Of a stretch of 64,000 nt of DNA, positions 1 to 12,968 are shown piece by piece. The notes under the pieces are model-generated. The model saw only the letters and a list, made by a program, of their open reading frames with translations. It searched no databases and was not told the origin of the DNA. Each line of letters starts with the position of its first letter. Position 1 is the stretch's first letter. Both the position numbers and the translations under genes were made by a program. The stretch is from Chiloscyllium plagiosum (lineage: Eukaryota): NCBI RefSeq assembly GCF_004010195.1, contig NC_057712.1, positions 95,890,670 through 95,954,669 on the forward strand, in the 5' to 3' direction.

Positions 1-2190
1 TTGACAACCCTATCATCTTGGGTGACAATGTTGAGGGATCTATGGACATGGACCACAAGATCCCTCTGTCCCTCCATACTGCCAAGAATCTTGCCTTTAA
101 TCTTGCATTCTGAATTCAAATTCAACCTTCCAAAATGAATGACTTTACACTATTCTAGGTCGAACTCCATCTGCCACATATCAGCCCAGTTCTACATCTT
201 GTCAATGTCCCATTGCAACCTACAACAGCCCTCCACACTATCCAACCTTTGTGTCACCAGCAAATTTACTAACTCACCGTTCCACATCTTCATCCAAGTC
301 ATTTGTAAAACTCACAAAGAACAGAGGTCCTAGAACCGATCCTTGCAGAACACCACTGGTCACCGAGCTCTAGGCTGAATGCTTTCCATCTACGACCACC
401 CTCTGTCTTCTATGGGCCAGCCAATTCTGTATCCAGACAGACAGGTTTCCCTGTATCCCATGCCTCCTTACATTCTGAATGAGCCTACCATGGGAAGCTT
501 ATCAAATGCCTTTCTAAACACCACATCCACTGCTCTACCTTCATCAACATGCTTTGTCATATCCCCAAAGAATTCAATAAGGTTTGTGAGGCATGACCTG
601 CCCCTCACAAAGCCATGCTGACTATCTCTAATCAAACTATGGTTTTCCAAGTAATCATGAATCCTGTCTTTCAGAATCCTCTCCAATACATTACCCATCA
701 ATACATTCTACAATACCTCTACAATACATTCCTCAAAAAACTTGATCAAATTTGTGAGAGAAGACCTTCCCCACAGAATGCATGCTGACTATCCCTACAA
801 TATCCATTTATTTTCCCAAATGCGATTAAATCTGGTCCCTTAGAATCTTTTCCAATAAATTCCCTACCATTGATGTAAGGCTTACTGAGTTAAAATTTCC
901 AAGATTTTCCCTGTCTACCCTCTTAAATAAAGGATTAGCATAAACTATTCATCACTTACCTGTGGCTAAAAAGAATACAAAGATCTCTAACAAAGCACTC
1001 CTGCACCCCGTTAGTATCCTGGGATGGGTCCTGGGGACTTACCTCCCTTAATGTTTATCAAAACACCAACACTTTCTCCTTACTATCGACATGCCCCAGA
1101 ATATCAATATACCCCTCCCTAATCTTATCATCATCCATGTTTTTCTCCTCAGAAGTACCAAAGCGAAGTACTCATCATGGATCCCACCCAATTCCTTTGA
1201 TTGCATGCATAAATTCCCTCTTTTGTTCTTGAGTGGACCTACCTTTTCTCTCACTACTCTCTTCCTCCTAATATATGTATAAAATTCCTTGGGTTTCTCC
1301 TTAATCCTACTTGCCAAGAAATTTTGTGGTCACTTCTAGCCCTCCTAATTCCTTGTCTAATTTCTTTCCTTCTTCCTTTATATTCCTTAAGGGCCTTGTC
1401 TGATTTCAGTTTCCTAAACCTTACAAATGTTTCCTTTTCCTTTTCAACGAAAGTTTCAATATCTCTTGTTATCCAGGGTTCCTGAATCTTGTTATTCTTA
1501 TCTTTCATCCTCTCAGGAACATGCTGGTCCTGAACTCTGATCGTTCAGCCTTTAAAAAACTCCCACATCAGATATGAATTTCCCTAAATCAGCCACCCCA
1601 ATCTAATTTCTCCAGTTCCTGCTAAATACTATTGCAATTAGCCTTCCCCCCCACAATTTAGTGCTTTCACACAAGGATGAATCTTATCCTTTTCAATAAC
1701 TATCTTAAAACTTATGGAATTATTGTCACTGTTCCCAAAATGCACCCCCACTGAAACTGTAATAACTTGGCCAGGCGTATTTCCCAGTACAAGGTCGAGT
1801 GTGACCCTTTTCCTAGTTAGACAATTGACATGTTGTTTCAAAACACCCACCTACATGCAACTAACAAATCCTCTCCTGTCTAAGCCCCTGACATGAAGGA
1901 GGTTCCAATCAATATTGGGCAAGTTAAAATCATCCACTACAATAACCCTCTTACCATGATCTGCCCGACATATCGATTCCTCTATCTCCCACAGGTTATT
2001 GTGGTACCACTGATCTGGCTGTTGCTATTGCTTTCCCCTGAGTGGCAATCCATCCCCCCCCCCCCCCAAATCAAACAACATCCAGAATGTTATACCTGTA
2101 TGAAGAGGGGAATAGCCATAGGGGACTCCAATACGACCTACCTGTCCCTCCTGACGGTCACCTATCTTTCTGGCTGAACCTTTGTTGAAA
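1..2190 (-). mobile_element. Decayed CR1 LINE ORF2 (endonuclease to RT), possibly two joined pieces
   Basis: Minus-strand ORF fragments SQHGFVRGRSCLTNLIEFF, RIKEKPKEFYTYIR and LDLVLGNTPGQV..GVHFGNSDNNSI. Many stops and frameshifts. Confidence 0.9.
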
Positions 2191-2677
2191 CTCTTATTGA
2201 TAAAACTTTCAGCCTTGCGTATGTCCCTTACTACTGTTCTAACCAATTCATGCAACATACTAGTCAGGGGCATTTCATTTCCACCTGATCAGACATGTCT
2301 CACAGGAGGAGCAGACCACTGCTGTACCTGCTATTACTACCCACCAAGTAGCAATTGGATTAGAAGAAAAGACAAGACCATACCTTGCCTCATTCTTCTT
2401 AGCAAAACCCAAAGCCTGCACTTTGATCTCAACAGCACCACTTTGACCTGACAGACCCCTCTCCCACTAAAGCTTGTCTCCCTTTGATTTGCTGGAATTA
2501 TAAGATTGGCATTGATGCTTTTCCCAAATAACTTGACATCACGAAGTAATCCCATAGAAATTTTCCAGAGGGGGGAATAAAGGCTCAATGTCACTGTTTA
2601 GCGCTGTAATGTGGATATAAGCTTGCCTTTTCTCTCTTTGTAATGTGCAGCTTGACATAGCTTTCTGTTCTCCACAG

Positions 2678-2820
2678 GCCATACCCACACATTCTTTCCA
2701 CACCAGCAGTACAATCAATGACAGCTTATGCTGGACAAACCCAGTATTCAGGAATGCAGCAGCCTGCAGTCTATGCTGCGTATTCTCAGACAGGCCAGCA
2801 CTATGGATTGCCCGCTTATG
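2678..2820 (+). CDS. EYA4: EYA4 internal coding exon (143 bp), transactivation region
   Basis: Acceptor ctgttctccacag|G and donor TATG|gtaagg. Translates (R/K)[47 protein letters not shown], close to vertebrate EYA4 as recalled ([40 protein letters not shown]). Confidence 0.96.
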
Positions 2821-2980
2821 GTAAGGCACTTCTCTGAGGTTGTACTCAATTAATTATTAGTACGATGGTTATTTTGTTTAGTCAGTTGCCTCAATGTAAA
2901 CCAAAGAGATTTAAGCTTCATTTCAAAAAGCAATGTTAGAAAATTTCAAGTTTAAACCAGTTTGTGTGCACTCTTATCAG

Positions 2981-3103
2981 GAATTAAGACAGAAGGGGGA
3001 CTTCCACAAGCACAATCTGCATTGCAGACAGGATGCCTCAGCTACAGTCCAGGATTTGCTGCTCCCCAACCAGGCCAGACAGCATATTCCTATCAGATGC
3101 AAG
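2981..3103 (+). CDS. EYA4: EYA4 internal coding exon (123 bp, phase 1-1)
   Basis: Acceptor ctcttatcag|GA and donor CAAG|gttggt. Translates [42 protein letters not shown]. The GCLSYSPGF motif is EYA4-like rather than EYA1-like. The 5' boundary was chosen to keep frame with the preceding exon. Confidence 0.92.
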
Positions 3104-3691
3104 GTTGGTGGTGTGTCCTTCTCTCCTTTCTATCTGCCTACCAACTAATTCAGTTTTGATTTTTCTGATCCTGGTCTTATTCTAGATGGCAATCCATTAA
3201 TTTTTAACTAGTATTTCAAGCTTTTAAAACAGTTGTGCAAAGATTTGAAATAATCTTACATTTACAAAGCTATTCCACCAGCCTGATTACTTTGAAATAC
3301 CTCAATCTAAATGTTATAATCAGAAATCATTTTAAACTTCTGGGATATTTCTTCAAACTATAATGAAGCTGATTTACCTGAGCATTGGCCCAGAAAGTCC
3401 TTGGCTGCAGAAGTCAAGAAAATAAAAAGTTACCCAGACCTTTGCTCCCTTTATTGTGCTCCCAGGTAGTGAGGTACCAGGAAGGGTTGTGCTAGGTTCC
3501 AGAGAACTGAACAAATTTAAAAGGTATTCCTTCACCCAGCAGAACTTGTGTCTCTCACCTACAGATCCCCAGGAGGTTAGGGCTGTGTGTAGGTCATGTT
3601 AAAACTCAGTCAGTATAACACGGTTTGGGTACACTCCTGCTTCACAGTTCCAGGATGGAGAGAGAGCCAACAAAATCAATTCCTTGAGTTT

Positions 3692-4632
3692 TGCTGAAAA
3701 AGGACTCACTCTTGTCGAAGTTTTTTATCTTGCACACATCGGAACATTTTACAAGAAAACACATTCAAGAGGAAACCAGTATTTATGCTGCAGAAGAGTA
3801 GCGTGTTGATTGGTTGGCAAATGGACAAGAATTACTGTGGAGAATACACCAGTTAAGTGATGATTGACGGTTAACTGCCAATCTTTGTTTAACTTTTAAA
3901 CTAGGCAGGTAGACTCTGTTTGGTCAGGGCATTTCTGATTGAGAAATTGGCCAGCAGTGGGTGTCACCTATTCTGTTGAGTTAAAACAGGCATACTGCAT
4001 ATTCAGTTTATTTCTGTCTACAACAAAAAGGGCCCGTGTATGAATATATGTAGCTTCCAACACCTGCATGTAAGACGGAGTGACAATTCTAAATTTGCTG
4101 TCAGCATAATTCCTCACACATTCAGCTACATTATTCAGTCCAATTGCAGTATAACATCTAATGTTGTACCCAGTGTTACAAGTTTTACAAGTGTGAACTA
4201 GTTGGATATGGGCAATACCTTGCTTGTTGCAAGTAGCCAAAGGAACATGCTGTTTGATACAATCCGCCAGTCTTTAGGATGCATGGCCTGCATGGCTAGC
4301 ATCACAACAGCATTGAAATTCACAGCCCACGTTACTAATTTGTGTGATAGAACATTTCTTGGCTTGAAGGCAACATTCTGGAAATGACAAACACCAGTTG
4401 TGTTACTACTATGTTGTAGTGGTAATATGAAAAAACTAGTTTCATCGGCATTCAGCATTAATTGTTGTATTTGCTAAGGCAATACCTCTCCCAATCAGAG
4501 TTGCAGTTGCCAATCCATTAGCATTTTCTTTATATGCAGTCTAAGTGTTGTTTGCCCTTGAATTTGTATTCTTGCAAAATGTCCTGATGAGAGCAAAACA
4601 AAAGGTTGATAAAATGTGTCATTTTTTTAGCA
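3692..4632 (-). mobile_element. Penelope-like element: GIY-YIG endonuclease 3' fragment flanked by inverted pseudo-LTRs
   Basis: Minus strand encodes a degenerate ...LADRIKQHVP...TAIG...ECVRNY..KFRIV..MQVLEATYIH. 3692-3830 and 4490-4632 are diverged inverted copies of one another, each with a hammerhead-like core. Confidence 0.8.
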
Positions 4633-5039
4633 ATGCTTAAGTTCTGTTCTTCAAACTGTTTTAAGTAATTCTTTTGTCTTTTTATTAACAAATTTGGAAA
4701 TGAATGTCATTGATGTTTGCTCAGTAAAGTATAGTTTTGTGCTATATCCAAAGTTTTAACATTTACAATATTTATATGTGCTCTGAAATTTCAGGAGCAT
4801 AACAAAGCTAATTATAGATTGAATGCATGCCTCACTTAGCAATGACAATGACAAGGTTTCGGTCAGCCACCCAATTTTATGTCCAATTGATTTTGATGGA
4901 GTTTAAATCAGGAAGGATGTAAACTAAGCATTCAACCTGAACTCACCCATCTTTCAGTGTTAAGACTGAGGGTGGCAAAGCTCAATGTGGAATAGAGTGC
5001 ATCAAAGTACTTCCCTAAGATGTTGGCTTTCCTGATCAA

Positions 5040-5995
5040 ATCATTCTTCATTGCAAATTGCTTAAACTCCCAAATAGGACCACCATTTTTGGACATGAGA
5101 AGTTCTGGTCTACCTCAAATTAAATGGATAAAGCATTTGAAAAAATGTGAAGAATAGTTTAAGCGTGTCATGTTGCTGCTATGTAATGGCAATGCAAGGG
5201 ACATCATCTATTAATACATTACTGCCATCAATCCAATAGGATGTTCTATCTACCACAAAAGTGAGCAATGTCATGTATAAGTTTCAGTGCCATCTTGATG
5301 CCAGCCACATAGGCTGCACATCCAGTGATTGCCTGACTGAATTAGACAGTATCTTCCTCAAGCTGTTTATAATATTCAAAGTACAGACTGTACACAGCCA
5401 AAAAAGGGGGATGTGGCAGGCTAATGGTATTATCACTGGACTGTTATTCCGGAGATGTTCTGGGGACATGACAGATTGTGGAATTCGAATTCAAATTCAG
5501 AAAAAAAAGTTGAAATTAAGAGTTCACTGATGGCCACAAATCTATCATTGATTGTCGGGAAAAATTTCATCTGATTCACGAGTTCCCTTTAGGGAAGGAA
5601 AATGCTATCCTCACCTGGTCTGGCCAACATGCAACTCCAGACCCACAGCAATGTAGTTAACTCTGGGCAATAAATCCTGGCCTAGACAACAAAGCCCTCA
5701 TTCTATGAATGAATAAGCAAAACCCCAACTTAAAAGGTCTATTTTTAAATCTGATTCAGCAATTAGATAACACTTACTGACCCATCGTGAGTGGGCTAAA
5801 ATTTCAAAAATTCCCTCCAAGATGTGTGATGACATTTCCAGTATTGACTTCAGGTCAACTTTCCAACTAATCAGCAGCCATTTTCTTCTGTCATATAAAC
5901 TGTTGTGATTGTTCGAAATTTGGCATTCTTGCATTAGTCCTGATGAATGCAAAATGAAAAACTTCTTCAACATTACCTCTTTTCAGCAATATTCA
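5040..5995 (+). mobile_element. Penelope-like element 3' fragment, interrupted by a SINE
   Basis: SNVMYKFQCHLDASHIGCTS (GIY-YIG-like) at ~5261, DSAI..HLL.H at ~5752, and a 3' end with ctgatga...gaaa at 5940. Same family as the 3692-4632 element. Confidence 0.72.
5410..5716 (+). mobile_element. Shark tRNA-headed SINE with an L2-like tail (family also at 31793-32085)
   Basis: Similar to 31793-32085 (catctg(a/g)tt...tagggaag(g/a)aa). Ends gggcaataaatcctggcc...atgaatgaataa, a tail shared with local L2-like fragments. Confidence 0.65.
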
Positions 5996-7523
5996 AAACT
6001 AAGTACTTACAGATGCACTGCTGTGTTCAATTCCAGTTGTCACCAGATCAGTAGAACTTCTAGGTAAAAGCCTATTTCACTGGTCTTTGTGAACTTTCAA
6101 CATGGTCACATTTGAGCTTGAACTTCCTTGTAGTAGCTTCAGGTTCCTGCAGTAACTTTACTGGAAATTCCACTTACGTAACAAAGTAGAAGTAAAGTCA
6201 CCATAGTCCTACCAGACCATAGGGTTACTTTCTCGTTAAAGAGAGAGATGACAGGTTTAAGTTGAGGATAACCAGACCTCAGACAAGGCGAGAAGTTGAG
6301 AACAAGAATATTGCATGATAACCTCAGCCAGTGCTACAATTAAACCCACGCTGTTGGCATCCATCTGCATTGCTCACCAACTATCCAGCCAACTGAGCTA
6401 ACTGACCTCAAAAGCAAAGGAACAGCAACAATGCAAAAGCTACTACAAGGACCTTCTGAAGAATTTTTTTTCTGATCAGCTTGTCAAGTTTCTCAATCAC
6501 AAGAAGTATCAGTCACCTTTATTCTACAAAATCATGTTCTATTCAAGTATCTTGTAAATGCAGAGATAAACAAAGACTTTGGTTGTAAAAGTGTTAATAC
6601 AAGAAAGAAAATAAATGTATTCCTTTTTTAAAATATTGCCAGTATCATCAGAAGTACAATGGAAACTCCCAAAGCAGAAATCCCAAGATTTCTCATTTTG
6701 AAAACTTTGGATTCCTGTCTAATGCAATCTGATGGGGTTTTTTCTGCAATGTTTATTCTCTGGCACACCTAAACTTTTCAATAGGTGTACAACAAAAGAG
6801 CAGCTATTGTAGTTTCATATCTAAAATTTAGATCAATTGCAAACTGAAAATTTGGCAACAGTAATTAAATCTCTTGAGAATAGAAAAATCAAAAATATTA
6901 AATGTAATGAGCTTCCACACTTTTAAAATTTAATTTTCTGCGTCAGTGAGGCAATTTATCACAAATATTCCAGCTAAGCACAGTAAACCTAAAGGTTGTT
7001 CTGAACTAAATACCATATGTCAAGAGCCATTTAAAGCGTTTAAGAGTAATGCCCATTGAAAATGCTAGCTTTCTCAATAATGTAATTTTACAGGGATCAT
7101 TGCTTGTCACTTGAATGGACGAGTCATAATGTTTTGTAGCATGTGTTATGGGTATCTATTGGGCTAAGTAGAGCAATATCACAGTGTTGTGTACATTTGA
7201 ATGCTGAATTTTTCAGCAAATTACTACTTTAGTGGAGGAATTGGGAAACTGAGCAAGCAGCTTCTTGACTTCTGGTCCTCTACACATGTACAGATACTGG
7301 AAATTGCTGCGTGATTTATCCTTTATTCCCACACCATTGTTCTTCTGATAAAACCAGGCCATTGTCTTATCTTCTTTGTCATGTATCAGTTTGGTTAAGT
7401 CTTACATTCCTTTTGTAATCTGTTTACTCAGCAGAACAACAGCTTAATGGCATATGTTAACTTTTTGCTGTCACTGGACATAACGAAAAACATTATTGTC
7501 AAGAATTGCATCCAGCACTAGTT

Positions 7524-7946
7524 TAATCTGATTCTGCAATTAGACAACACTTAGTGAACCATCCTGAGTGGGTTAAAATTCACAAAATTCCCTCCAAAAT
7601 GTGAGGCCTCTCCAATCAGTGTGCTGATACCATTTCCAGCATTGACTTCAGGTCAATTTTCCAACTAATCAGCACTCAGCACCGCCCTCATGGCCTGTCT
7701 ACTTTCCTTCCTACTTATCCAGTCCATCCTCCCCTCCGACCTATCACCTTGACCCCTCTAATCTCCAGCATCTGCAGTCCTCACTTTCGCCTAACTGATT
7801 TTCTTCTATCATATAAATTGTTGTGATTGTTTGAGGTTTGGCATTTTTGCATTCGTCCTAATGAGTGCAAAATGAAAAGCTTCTTCAACATTATCTCTTT
7901 CCAGCAATATTCAAAACTAAATACTTTCAGATGTACTACTGTGTTT
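7524..7946 (+). repeat. Diverged direct copy of 5747-6028 (Penelope 3' end plus flank) carrying a secondary Penelope-family insertion
   Basis: Near-identical blocks (ttgacttcaggtcaa.tttccaactaatcagca; cagcaatattcaaaactaa.tactt.cagatg). Insert at ~7680-7797 ends ctccagcatctgcagtcctcacttt. Confidence 0.8.
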
Positions 7947-8035
7947 ATTTTTGTCATCTGCATCTGCAATTTTTACTGTGATGCTCATTTTGAGACATAT
8001 GAAATTTCTAAACGTACTGTTTCTTTTGACTTTAG

Positions 8036-8118
8036 GATCCAGTTTCACACCATCTCCTGGTATTTATGCAAGCAGCAACTCTGTTTCCAATTCAACAAGC
8101 TTCAACAGTTCCCATCAG
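8036..8118 (+). CDS. EYA4: EYA4 internal coding exon (83 bp, phase 1-0)
   Basis: Acceptor ttcttttgactttag|GA and donor CAG|gtattt. Translates (G)SSFTPSPGIYASSNSVSNSTSFNSSHQ. Confidence 0.94.
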
Positions 8119-9816
8119 GTATTTTTCCCAATTCTCTTCTCTTCACCACCTTTCCCTGGTGACAGAAAATACACTTGTTTCTGAACCCTGGGTGTTGCAC
8201 AGCTTCCATGACGATACATTTTTGTCAGTTTTGAACTTGCTAGCCTTCGATACCATGGTTCAGTCTACTCCCAATCTCCTCAGCACCACGTATATGTGTT
8301 TGTACATCTTCAGTCCCAAAAGGGTGCAGTGGGTAACAGTCAGAAAAGGGATTGCCATCAATTTTATTTCCTCAAATCTGGAGATGATTGATCAGTTATA
8401 GCAATCCCATTACTACCATTGTCTGAGAGTGGCTAACACAAATCTCTTTCCAACGTCTACAATTATGCTACAATTTCTCAATGTAATTATATCTCAGAGA
8501 AATATTGCAACTTTAAAGAAAAGATCTTTTCATATCTTATTTAGCTAGGTTTGAAAATGAATTTCAAATTTATTTAAATTGCGTAATTCTTTAATTGAAT
8601 TTGAATTTACCTCTATTTCCACCCATTTCCTTGGCACCATTGTGACCACAACCCATTTTGCTGAACTGACTTCCTTACATATGCTGAAGCTCCCAATTTG
8701 CTCCCAACTTGCTTTCCCATCTGCCTTTGTATTGTCAGTAAACCTGGTGACAATGCACTCAGTCCTTTTTTCCAAGTCATTAATATTGACTGAGTTATAA
8801 ATGTTTGAGACATAAGCACTGATCTTCATGGTGCACAATTATTTAAAATTTGCTAACTTATTCCAATTCTTCCCCTGGAATTTTAGGCTACATCCATGCA
8901 TCCCACACCTACCCTCTGGCAGGGGTAATATAAAGCTTGGTGAAATGACAGGGTCACGGTTCCATCACCTACTCACTTCGAGTCACTTCTGCACATATTT
9001 CATGAGCAACAGTGTAATGTCAAGCTTATCCACCAACTCTTGGCCTAATTGTGGCCTTTATGTGGCTAATTATTGGTTCCCATTGTGCCTTAAATTTAAT
9101 GTTTTTCATGGTAGGTTTGTTATCACTGACTTAATATCTGCTGCCAAACATATCCTGGCAGTCACTGAAGTCTAGCTGAAGAATGGAAGTAATTTACTCT
9201 TGGCAAGGGAAATGGGTCTTCCCTGTCCATTCTATTTAAGCCCTTCATTATTTTGTGAACCTTGAATAAGACACCTGTTAGCCTCCTCTATTCTAAGGAA
9301 AACAACCCGAGTCCATCCAATCTTTCTTCATGCCTGCAGTTTTCAAGCAATGGAGACACTCTTGTACATCTCCCTGTCCTTCCTATGACCTTAAGACCAT
9401 AACAAATAGGAGCAGAATTAGGCCATTTGGCCCATCGAGTCTGCACTACCATTTGATATGCTACTCAAACCCTGATCTCCTTACCAATCAAGAACCTATC
9501 AATCCCTGTCTTAAATACACTCAATGACTTAGCCTCCAAAGCCCTCTGCCGCAATGAGTTCGACCATCCTCTGGCTGAAGAATTTCCTCCTCATTTCCGC
9601 TACAAAGCATCATCCCTTCACTCAGAAGCTGTGCCCGTGGGTCCTAGTCTTTCGTATTAATGGAAATATCTTCTCCATGTCTACATATCCAGGCCTCTCT
9701 GTATTCTGTAAGTTCCAATCAGATCCCTCCTTATCCTTCTAAACTCCATAATGTACAGATCTCAGCGGCTCCTCATATCACAAGCCCTTCACACTTGGAA
9801 TCATTTTTGCAAACGT

Positions 9817-12140
9817 CATAGAACAAAGATAACTTGCAGTCCAGGAATAGGCCCTTCAGCCCTCCAAGCCTGAGCTGATCCAAATCTACTGTCTAAACCT
9901 GTCGCCCAATTCCTAAGCATCTGTATCCCTCTGCTCCCCACCTACTCATGCATCTGTCCAGACGCAAATAAATCTACCGTGCCTGCCTCTACTATCTCTG
10001 CTGGCAACACGTCCCAGACGCCCACCACCCGCTGTGTAAAGTACTTGCCCCTTAAACTTTTCACATCTCATCTTGAAAGCCTGACCTCTCATTATTGAAT
10101 CCTTCAACCTGGGAATATGCTTATCTCTATCCACCCTATCTATACCCTTCATGATTTTGTAAACCTCAATCGGGTCCCCCCTCAATCTCCTTTTTTCTAA
10201 TGAACCTGAGTTCATAGCTAGCACCTTCTTACCAGGCAACATCCTCGTAAACCTTCTCTGCACCCTCTCCAAAGCGTCCACGTCGTTTTGGTAATGTGGC
10301 GACCAGAACTGTACACAGTATTCTAAATTCGGCCGAACCAAAGTCTAGTACAATTTTAACATGACCTGCCAGCCCTTATACTCAATACCCCATCCGATGA
10401 AGGCAAGCATACCATATGCCTTCTTGACCACTCTATCCACCTGTGCAGCAACCTTCAGGGTACAATGGACCTGCACTCCCAGATCTCTCTGCTCATCAAC
10501 TTTTCCCAAGGCTCTTCCGTTCATTGTATAATTCACTCTAGAATTAGACTTGCCTAAATGCATCACCTCACATTTGTCAAACACCTTACTAAAGTCCATG
10601 TATTTGACATCAATCATATACATTCCTTCCTTCATCTATCAGCTTGGTCACTTCCTCAAAGAACTCTATTAAGTTGGTAAGGCACAATCTCCCCCGCATA
10701 AAACTATGTTGCCTATCACTGATAAGCCCATTATTTCCTAAATATAACTAGATCCTATCCCTCAGTACCCTCTCCAGCAACTTTCCCACCACTGACATTA
10801 GGCTCACTGCTCTGTAGTTAATATCCCTACTACCCTTCTTGTACAGGGGGACAACATGAGCAAATATAACTAGATCCTATCCCTCAGTACCCTCTCCAGC
10901 AACTTTCCCACCACTGACATTAGGCTCACTGCTCTGTAGTTACCCGGAATATCCCTCCTACCCTTCTTGTACAGGGAGACCACATGAGCAACCTTCCAGT
11001 CCTCCGGCACCTCACCTGTGTTTAAGGATGCCACAAAGATTTCTGTCAGGGCCACAGCTATTTCCTCTCTCACCTCCCTCAGCAACCTGGGATAGATCCC
11101 ATCCAGTCCTGGGGATTTGTCCACCTTAATAATCTCTACCCTACTAAACACATCTTCATTACTTCTGTCAACGTGCTCCAGACTAATCAAACTTCTATCT
11201 CTAACCTCAACAAACATCATGTTCCTCTCCTCAGTGAACACTGATGCAAAGTAATTAGATTAGATTACATTACATTACAGTGTGGAAACAGGCCCTTCGG
11301 CCCAACAAGTCCACACCGACCCGCGGATTTGTCCACCTTAATAATCTCTACCCTACTAAACACATCTTCATTACTTATGTCAACGTGCTCCTGACTAATC
11401 AAACTTCTATCTCTAATCTCAACAAACATCATGTTCCTCTCCTCAGTGAACACTGATGCAAAGTAATCATTCAGAATCTCACCCATTTTCTCAGGTTCGC
11501 CGCACAGCCTTCCTTCATTATCCTTTAGTGAACCAATCCTTTCTCTAGTTACCCACTTGCTTCTTATATAAGAATAAAATGCTTTGGGATTCTCCTTAAT
11601 TCTGCTGGCTAAAGCTATTTCATGACCCCTTTTAGCCCGCTTGATTCCTCATTTAAGACTCGTCCGCTATTCCTCCAAGGCTCATTCTGTTCTTAGCTAC
11701 CTGGACCTTATGTACCCTTCCCTTTTCCTTTTGGCTAGTCATACAATTATTTCTTGTCATCCACGGTTCACGAATCCTGCCTTTCCTCCTTTGCCTTTAA
11801 CGGGACATGCCTATCCTGCACTATCTTAACCAATCTTTGAAACCCTCCCACATATCAAATGTGGACTTTCCTTCAAACAGCTGTATCCAATCCACATTTC
11901 CCAGCTCCTGCCTAATTTTGATATAATTGGCCTTGGCCCAGTTTAGTCCTCTTTCCTTAAGATCACTCTCATCTTTGTCTGCGAGTATTCTAAAACTTAC
12001 AAAATTGTGGTCACTGTTCCCAAAGAAATCCCCCACCACAACCTCTACCACCTGGCCTGGCTCATTCCCCAATACCAGGTCCAATATGGCCCCTTTCCTC
12101 GTCGGACTATTGACATACTGCTCTAGAAAACTCTTCTGGA
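9817..12140 (-). mobile_element. Younger 5'-truncated CR1 LINE nested in the older CR1
   Basis: Minus ORFs DLVLGNEPGQV..SDHN, KSPGLDGIYPRLL..VPEDWKVAHV..PGNYRAVSL, and VRPNLEYCVQFWSP. The 3' tail lies at ~9817. It has an internal deletion (DFSKVFDK|CEVMHLG) and duplications. Confidence 0.92.
11256..11324 (-). mobile_element. 3' tail fragment of HE1 SINE or its partner CR1
   Basis: Reverse complement matches the end of the SINE at 49441-49504 (gggccgaagggcctgtttccacactgtaa...taatctaa). Confidence 0.85.
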
Positions 12141-12968
12141 CCCCCTCCTAGGCCAGCACATTCTTCCTTACATGCAAGGGCTAAAGCTACTCACAGTGTT
12201 CCAAATCTGGTCTAACCAGATCCTTACACCAATTTAGCAGTACATTGCTGCTGTTATATTCTAGCCTTCTTGAAATGAATGTTAACATTATGTTTGCCTT
12301 CCTAACTGCCAACTAAACCTGTATATTAACCTTAGGAGAATCCTAAACTAAGACTCCCAAGGTATCTTTGTGCTAAAAGATTTCTGATGCCCTTTCTCCT
12401 TTTATAAAATAGTCCATGCCTCTATTCTTCCTATCAACATGCATGACCTCACACTTTTCTCCACTGTATTCCATCTGCTACTTCTTTGCCCATTCTCCTT
12501 ACCTGTCCAAGTCCTTCTGCAGTCTCCATGCCTCCTCAACACCACCTGTCCCTCTACCTATCTTTGTGTCATCTGTCAACTTAGCAACAATTCCCTTGCT
12601 TCTTTCATCGAGATTGTTAATGTATAATGTACATAATTGTGGTCCCAACACAGACTCCTGTGGAACTCCACTCGTCACTGGCAGCCATCTTGAAAAATAC
12701 CCCTTTATTCCTACTCCATGCCTTCTGCCAGTCTGCCAATCCTCTATCCATGTCAGTATCTTGCCCCCATTACTATTGGCTCTTACCTTATTTAGCAAAC
12801 TCCTGTGTGACACCTTGTGAAAGTCCTTCTGGAAATCCAGATACTTTATGTCCATTGGCTGTCCTTTGTCTGAATTGCTCATTACCTCATCAAAGAATTC
12901 TAACAGATTTGTCAGGCATGATTCCCCCTTGACAAAGCCGTGCTTAACTCTGCCCTATTTTACCATGT

